A stretch of 64,000 bases of DNA from a bacterium. GTDB taxonomy: Bacteria; UBA8248; JACPRG01; G963555815. How positions within the stretch are numbered: position 1 is the stretch's first letter; each line of letters begins with the position of its first letter. The position numbers and the translations under genes were made by a program. The stretch lies in the NCBI GenBank assembly GCA_965218795.1, contig OZ244653.1, positions 4,608,001 to 4,672,000 on the forward strand. The letters run 5' to 3'. This document shows, piece by piece, positions 57,638 through 64,000 of the stretch. The notes beneath the pieces are model-generated. The model saw nothing but the letters and a program-made list of their open reading frames with translations, was not told the origin of the DNA and did not search any database.

Positions 57638-59305
57638 CTACTTCTTTTTGGTAGCAGGGGCCTCTTTCGCAGGGCGGGGTACCAGGCCTTGTGCCAGATT
57701 GCTCTGTCCGAGGATTGCCGCAGCACCGGCGAGTCCGCTTCCCGCGCCTTGCACCAGGACATTGGGAACCTTCACAAGTGCTGGATTCTTTACGGCAGCA
57801 GCCAGCATTTTTTCGAGCAATGCCAGTTGCAATACGCGATCCTGTCCCAGAACTTCGGCCTGGGCCCTCTGGCCGGCGGCGATTTCCAGGAGGCGAAGCT
57901 TTTCCCCCTCGCCCTGCAGCTTGGCAGCCCGTTTTCGCTGTTCGGCGACCTTCACCGCAATCTCAGCCGCAACCAGTTGCGGTTGTCTGTCCGCCCGCGC
58001 TCTCGTATTCTCGGTCTTGATCCGCTCCTGTTGCGCTTCTTGCTCTCTTTGATAGGTTCTCCTCAAAAGCTCGGCAAGCTGTTCACGTCGCCGGGCGACC
58101 AACAATTCAGGAGGAATGATGGGCTCGCCAAAACGGACTTCTCGAATAGAAAGACCTGCCTTCTGGCCTTCCGGCTGAATTCTTTTCTCCACCCGTGACT
58201 CAATTTCCGCTCGTTGCTCTTGAAGGTCCAGAACCTTGCGTCCCTTTGCGCCAACGACATTTCTTATGACGCTTCGGATCGCCGGCGTCAGAACTTTATC
58301 CTCGACCTCTTTAATCCCGCCAACCGAGGCGACGACGAAGGGAGCGTCTTCGGGTGTTACCTGGCCCAAAACCCGGAGCTCAAGCGGGACATCCCATCCT
58401 TCAATACGGGCCATGATGGCATCCACCGCATTAGGGGGAACAGGAATGTCCCGGCGTCTTTCTCTCTGAGTGATTTTCCCCTCTTGATCCACGGATAGGT
58501 CGATATAGCGCCGCAGATATCCACCTTTGTATGTCCATGCATGGATGAGGGTGCTGATGATTGTGACTTCATAGGCACGATGGTTTAAATAATACTTTCC
58601 GGGAAAGAGCGGCTCGCTCCAAACGCCGATACAGTTTTTCGAAACAAGCGGAACCGAAATGAAGGCTTCCCGTCCAGTCGTCATGCGCTTGCAATCTTTT
58701 ATCGCCTGGACGTTTGACTTGACCACGCCGACTTCGCCGGCCCGGATGCTTGTCGCATTACCCTGCTTGACCTCAAACAAATACTGATTGACGCGGTATC
58801 GTCCGGGTTTCAACACCGTCAGTTGAGGACCCTTCTGCCCTCCTTTCTTCAGGAAGTACGCCGCATCCTGAACCATCTTTACGAACTCGCGCTCCGGCCA
58901 TCTATCGGAGAGAAACTGTTCTTTTCTCAGTGAACGGCCATCTCGGGCGGTAACAAATCCGTATTTCCCCTCGGGGATCTCCAAGATGGACTTCTGCTCA
59001 ACGTCGTGAATGACGTTGAGCAAAGGTCGGAAATGGAACCCCGGAGGCAAAATCTCCGCTTGGGGGCCCTTCTCTCCGTTTGCGGCGATGATCCTCCCTG
59101 GAGGCAGAGACCTTCCAAAATAAATTTTCTTGAGGTGGCCGACCTCATCCGCACCGATATGCACGTATGAGGTGGAGAATACGAGAAACACGGCGATTAT
59201 TCCTAACACAGCTCTCAGGGCCATCCTTGAGGCTGCATCAGGAATTCTTCGAGGAACAAATACTGCGGCCACAAGAAGCACGATTGCAAAGAGCACCCAC
59301 GTCAT
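57638..59305 (-). CDS. SPFH/band 7 (flotillin-like) membrane protein, transposon cargo
   Basis: Two N-terminal TM helices; repeated KGPQ..(I/V)L.PG motifs; IREVRFGEP..PPELL; coiled-coil tail; AGGAGGG RBS. Confidence 0.85.
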   Translation of the reverse strand: MTWVLFAIVLLVAAVFVPRRIPDAASRMALRAVLGIIAVFLVFSTSYVHIGADEVGHLKKIYFGRSLPPGRIIAANGEKGPQAEILPPGFHFRPLLNVIHDVEQKSILEIPEGKYGFVTARDGRSLRKEQFLSDRWPEREFVKMVQDAAYFLKKGGQKGPQLTVLKPGRYRVNQYLFEVKQGNATSIRAGEVGVVKSNVQAIKDCKRMTTGREAFISVPLVSKNCIGVWSEPLFPGKYYLNHRAYEVTIISTLIHAWTYKGGYLRRYIDLSVDQEGKITQRERRRDIPVPPNAVDAIMARIEGWDVPLELRVLGQVTPEDAPFVVASVGGIKEVEDKVLTPAIRSVIRNVVGAKGRKVLDLQEQRAEIESRVEKRIQPEGQKAGLSIREVRFGEPIIPPELLVARRREQLAELLRRTYQREQEAQQERIKTENTRARADRQPQLVAAEIAVKVAEQRKRAAKLQGEGEKLRLLEIAAGQRAQAEVLGQDRVLQLALLEKMLAAAVKNPALVKVPNVLVQGAGSGLAGAAAILGQSNLAQGLVPRPAKEAPATKKK

Positions 59306-59916
59306 CGCACCCCTCCTTCTAGAACGGGTTGTCGGTTCTTTGATACCAAGCGGGAATTTCCCATTTCAACTTGGACCGAATCCCCTCTGGTCTCGTTTGG
59401 AGCTTGAACTTAAATTCACCATTCCGCAGCACCCGGATTGAAACCACGTCTCGCAATTCTGATAGCAGCATGATCTTCCTTATAATTATTGGCTGTAGAT
59501 CTGAAAAGCAGCGAAATAAAAATTGGAAGGATGCGACCATCTTCCATTATGACGTAACCTTAGTCCTCGCTGGCATTAACGCACGTCTCCTTTCTTTTTA
59601 GATATCAGAAGTGCCATCTTGTTAATCGATCCCAAGCTCTCTCGATTGATTTCATGATCCTCAATCGTTATTACCGGAATTTCCCATATCAAATCCGGAC
59701 AGGCCTGTACCGACCCCTCGTTGCTGTTTAACTCAATTAGACCCCTCTCTATCCGGACCTGTCAATCCCATTTCAGGTGCCTGAAACCTTAATCGGAGCG
59801 TTATCCACCATTGAAAATCATGCCACCCCTCCGGGTAGGCGAGCCTTCCCAGCAGGTCATCTGGAAGGGACAGAACATTCACCATTTTGTCCTCGAGTGG
59901 ACTGCGCCAAGGCTAT

Positions 59917-61612
59917 CCTGGATATCTCACAAAGAAAGAGAGCCAAGCCGGTTTTTTTCGGGTAAACTCTTTTTGATCAACGGGTTGCCCGAAGAAAGGA
60001 GACCGACTTGACTCGCACACAGAGTATCGCAGAACAGATGGAATTCCAAGGGTTGGGTTCTCGGCGTGTGATCGCCACTTCCAACGGCGGGGCGATCACC
60101 TCTGATGCGGGCGGTCTTTTGCTACGCGACACCGAGGGGCGGGTGAAGCTGATCGCAGGCTTCGCGGCCTGTTTTGAGGACGGTCGGGACGCGAGGCGGG
60201 TGGAACATGAGTTGGGGGCGTTGTTGCGGCAGCGGGTGTACGCGCTGGCGCTTGGCTATGAGGACGTCAACGACCACGAGCGGCTTCGCTTTGACCCGAT
60301 GCTCCAGATCCTCTCGGGCAAGCTGGAGGCCACGCGGCGCAAGGGGGGTCCGGCCCTTGCGGGCAAGAGCACGCTGAACCGTTTGGAGCGTCTTGCGGGC
60401 GATGGCGATGAGCGCTACCACAAGATCGCCTACCGAGGCGAGGCGATCGACCGGCTGTTGGTGGACAACTTCCTTCGGTCGCAGAGGCGGGCGCCGGGTC
60501 GGATCGTTTTGGACATCGACGCCACCGACGACCCGGTGCACGGCTGTCAGAAGGGGCGTTTCTTCCACGGCTATCACGGTCATTACTGCCACCTTCCGCT
60601 TTACATCTTCTGCGGGGATTTCCTTTTGTGCGCTCGGCTTCGGCCCTCCAATATCGACGCCTCCTCGGGGGTGGTGGAAGAGTTGGAGCGGATCGTTGCC
60701 CAGATTCGGGCACGCTGGCCGCAGGTGTCGATCCTGCTTCGGGCGGATTCGGACTTCTCGCGCGAGTGGATCATGGCCTGGTGCGAGGCGCAGGGGGTGG
60801 ATTACGTGTTCGGCCTGGCCAAGACCTCCCGGCTGCAGGAAGCGGTGAAGGACGAGCTGGCCGAAGCGAAGGCGCGTCATCAGAGCACGGGGAAGGGGGC
60901 GCGGTTATTCCGGTCGTTTCCTCACCGGACGCTTACATCCTGGAGCCGGGTGCGGCGGGTGGTCGCCAAGGCCGAGCACCTGGCCAAGGGCGCCAATCCG
61001 CGCTTCATCGTGACTTCGCTGGACGAGGAGGCGATCGACGCGAAGCCTCTGTACGAGCGCATCTACTGCGCCCGGGGGACGATGGAGAACCGGCTCAAGG
61101 AGCAGCAGCTCGACCTGTACGCGGACCGGACGTCGTGCACGCGGATGCGCTCCAATCAGTTGCGGCTCTACCTGTCGGCGGTGGCCTATGAACTGATGCA
61201 TGCGTTGCGTCGGCTAGGCCTTCGGGGGACGGCGTTTGCAAAGGCAACGTGTGGAACGGTGCGGACGCGGCTGCTGAAGATCGGGGCGCAGGTTCGGGTG
61301 AGCGTGCGGCGGGTGCACGTGGCCCTTGCGACGGGTTATCCGTACATGAATGTGTTCTTCCACGCCTGGCGGAACCTGCGCGCGGGGCCGGAGGGAGAGC
61401 CCGCCGTCTAAGACAGATTGCAAAATGAACGCGCAGGGAGTCGAGGCAAACGTGCGTGCGGAGCCGAGCCAAATCGGCCAAAAAGCCCCTCTCACGGGTC
61501 AACTCCAACCACCCACCGGCCCTGGCATCCACCGCAAAAGCGACAGACAGGAAAAAACACTCCAATTCACACCCGATAATCCATCCGCCGAGTGGGTGGT
61601 GAGAAATGCGGG
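59917..61612 (+). mobile_element. IS1380-family insertion sequence, copy 2 (1696 bp)
   Basis: Same ends as copy 1; identical transposase translation. Confidence 0.94.
60008..61411 (+). CDS. IS1380-family transposase
   Basis: Translation identical to 55509-56912. Confidence 0.96.
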   Translation: MTRTQSIAEQMEFQGLGSRRVIATSNGGAITSDAGGLLLRDTEGRVKLIAGFAACFEDGRDARRVEHELGALLRQRVYALALGYEDVNDHERLRFDPMLQILSGKLEATRRKGGPALAGKSTLNRLERLAGDGDERYHKIAYRGEAIDRLLVDNFLRSQRRAPGRIVLDIDATDDPVHGCQKGRFFHGYHGHYCHLPLYIFCGDFLLCARLRPSNIDASSGVVEELERIVAQIRARWPQVSILLRADSDFSREWIMAWCEAQGVDYVFGLAKTSRLQEAVKDELAEAKARHQSTGKGARLFRSFPHRTLTSWSRVRRVVAKAEHLAKGANPRFIVTSLDEEAIDAKPLYERIYCARGTMENRLKEQQLDLYADRTSCTRMRSNQLRLYLSAVAYELMHALRRLGLRGTAFAKATCGTVRTRLLKIGAQVRVSVRRVHVALATGYPYMNVFFHAWRNLRAGPEGEPAV

Positions 61613-62390
61613 CTATACGGCCGAGCGCGAGCCGGACCTCGGTTTCACCACCAGTTGGGTACAGGAAGGCACGAACCAACGCGTGCTGCTGGACACGTTC
61701 TTCAGCGCCGCCAGGCCGGATCAATCGCTCGTCTTTTTTTACGCGAAACGCACACCGATGGCGGAAGACGTCCGCCGCGTGATTGTTGGCGTCGGGCGTG
61801 TGAAAACCATTGGCGCGGCGACAGCGTATCGCGACGTCGTCGGCACCCGGCCGAATAGCAAGATCAATGGCTACCTGTGGGAACGCAATATCGAGCACTC
61901 GATACGCCCTGATGGTACGGACGGATTTCTGCTGCCTTATCGCGAACTGATCGCACTCGCCGAAGACGATGCCAGTCTCGATCTCGGTGCCTGCACCGCT
62001 TTTGCCCCGGACGAGTACTTTGAACAGTACTCCTATGGCAGCGAGCTGCTGCCGCAGGATGGCGCCATTGCCTCATTGCTGGCGCTGGAGAAGGCAATTA
62101 AGTCCATGCGTAGCCTGCTCGAGGCACCCTGGGCGGAGTACCTTCAGTGGATAGACCGAGAGCTTAACCGGCTATGGCAGGTGCGCGGCGCCTTCCCCGG
62201 CCTCGGCGCGACCCTGCATGCGTTCGGCCTGCCACATGGGAATCTGTTGGTGTGGCACCTGGTGGGCGACAGCGAGAAAGCCATCGACCCGTGGCCTGTA
62301 TTGACTGCGGCACTCAAAAAGCCGTCGTCCCTGCCGGAATACCTCCGCGACGGCATTGGCAAAACCCAGCAACAGAAGTGGGAAAAACTT

Positions 62391-62432
62391 CCGGACTCGC
62401 GCCGCGCGTTGCCGGACTCGCGCCGCGCGTTG
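62391..62432 (+). repeat. 21-bp perfect in-frame tandem duplication
   Basis: CCGGACTCGCGCCGCGCGTTG x2 = PDSRRAL x2. Confidence 0.9.
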
Positions 62433-64000
62433 CTGATGCTGTTGGCGCGGTTCAACCTGACCAATGTTCAGGCGCTGCGGTGGTATCAGGAGACCGAGAG
62501 GGACAGCGCAGGCATCACGCTCGACGACAAGGATATCCTGGCCAACCCGTACACGATCTATGAAGCTGATCGTCTTCAAGCGGACCCCATTGCATTCGCG
62601 GTGATTGACCGCGGCATGTTCCCCCCGGAGCCGCTGCGCAAGGATTTCCCGACCCCCGAGCCCAGCAGGGTGCATGAGGCGATAGACCCGCGACGCGTGC
62701 GCTCGGCAATGATCCAGACGCTGGAAGACGCGGCCGGTGAGGGGCACACACTGATACCGGCCTCCTGGCTGATCCAGCGCGTGCGTGCGCGGCCCATGAA
62801 ACCAGAGTGTCCCGTAGATGCAGACACGCTTGCTGTCGTGGGAGACAGCCTGGAACCATTGATTACGACAGTCAATCTGGAAACAGAGGACGATGCGTTT
62901 CAGCTCGATCGCTATGTCGAAACGTCGAAGCTGATCGGCGCTGCGATTACGAAGCGCAGAAACGGCAAGGCAAACGGCGGTGAATCCGATTGGGCCGCGT
63001 TGGTTAATGAGGCGATTGATGAGGGGAAAAAGAAATCCGCACTTACCGCTGACGACAAAAAGGCACGTCAGGAAAAGGCTGCTGCGCTGAAAGAATTGTA
63101 CCGGGGCCGGGTTTGCTTATTGATGGGATCTGCCGGTACCGGTAAGAGTACATTGCTGAAAGCCCTATGCCGCATCGATGCAGTGTTTAAAGGCGGCATC
63201 CTGTTGCTCGCCCCTACCGGCAAAGCGCGCGTCAGACTCGAACAAGCCAGCGGCATGGCCGGCCAGGGGAAAACCGTCGCGCAATTCCTGAACGGATTGC
63301 AGCGTTACGATGGCAATACCGGACGTTATTACGTCAATACCGACGCTCCTCGCTCATCGGCGCATAAGACCGTCGTGATCGACGAATGCTCGATGCTGAC
63401 CGAAGAGCAGCTCGCGGCTCTACTTGACGCCGTCAAGGGTGTTGAGCGTTTGATCCTGGTTGGCGATCCGAAGCAGTTGCCGCCGACCGGAGCCGGACGC
63501 CCCTATGTGGACATCGCGCAATGCCTGAAGCCCGACAACATCGACAGTTTGTTCCCGCGCGTCGCTTCCGGATATGCCGAACTGACAGTAACCATGCGGC
63601 AGGAGACCACAGGCGATGCGGCACGTGTGGATGTGCTTCTGGCCAATGCATTCAGTGGGCGCGCGCTGGATGCTGGCGCCGACGAGGTGTGGCACGCGGT
63701 TACGGCTGGGGAAACCCGATTTGTGAAGTTGGTACGCTGGAATCAGCCGGACCAATTGCAAAAGCTACTGCTAGCTGAATTGGCGGCAGTACTCGGATTG
63801 AAATCCGCCGATGATGAAATCGGCTTTGAGGAATCCATCGGTGGCACGGCTTCCGAGTACAACGGCCAGACCAATATCTTCTTCAACACGCGCTACAAGG
63901 CGCTCTCTGGGGCTGCGGAAAAGGCCGAGCAATGGCAAATCCTAACCCCAGTCCGCCAGAACCAGACAGGTGTACTGGCGCTGAACCGCGCCATTCAACA

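Larger units (their letters stand above)
55418..61612 (+). mobile_element. Composite transposon bounded by two direct IS1380 copies, 6195 bp
   Basis: 4-bp direct repeat CTAT at 55414-55417 and 61613-61616; removing the element restores the helicase frame. Confidence 0.88.
55049..64000 (+). pseudogene. Large RecD-like (SF1B) helicase, 5'-truncated and split by an IS1380 composite transposon; runs off window end
   Basis: GTFCNNPFGNTSC...DLKLGY (55049-55417) rejoins in frame with TAEREPDLGF (61617 on); later GSAGTGKST, LAPTGKA, VIDECSML, LVGDPKQLPPTGAG. Confidence 0.88.

Overview
High-GC bacterial chromosomal window: an intact catabolic core flanked by decaying mobile and defence DNA. 1-2.1 kb holds a partial LLM oxidoreductase and three enzyme fragments. 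2.1-6.5 kb is a Mu-like prophage remnant: a truncated portal, an orphan gene, and a MuF head protein with a C-terminal PBECR2-like nuclease domain that faces a promoter-driven ~68-nt structured RNA, the best candidate here for an undescribed nuclease/RNA-antitoxin pair. 6.8-15.6 kb is a GntR-led operon with two Frd/Apr-like flavoprotein + ferredoxin pairs, a NitT/TauT ABC transporter and a ComDE-like decarboxylase. 17.7-22 kb is a BglII/BstYI-type restriction-modification locus whose endonuclease is split by a cargo-carrying IS1595 element with an 8-bp target duplication. 22-49 kb carries N-heterocycle/aromatic catabolic genes (amidohydrolases, nucleoside ABC transporter, two orphan xanthine-dehydrogenase-family Mo subunits, UbiD, hydroxycinnamoyl-CoA hydratase-lyase, LLM, ACAD). 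49.3-64 kb is a degraded defence-like island (VapC remnant, HEPN-SNF2 helicase, sacsin-like GHKL ATPase, large RecD-like helicase) interrupted by an IS1380 composite transposon carrying an SPFH gene. I saw no rRNA, tRNA or CRISPR array. All family calls come from motif recognition by eye, not database searches.
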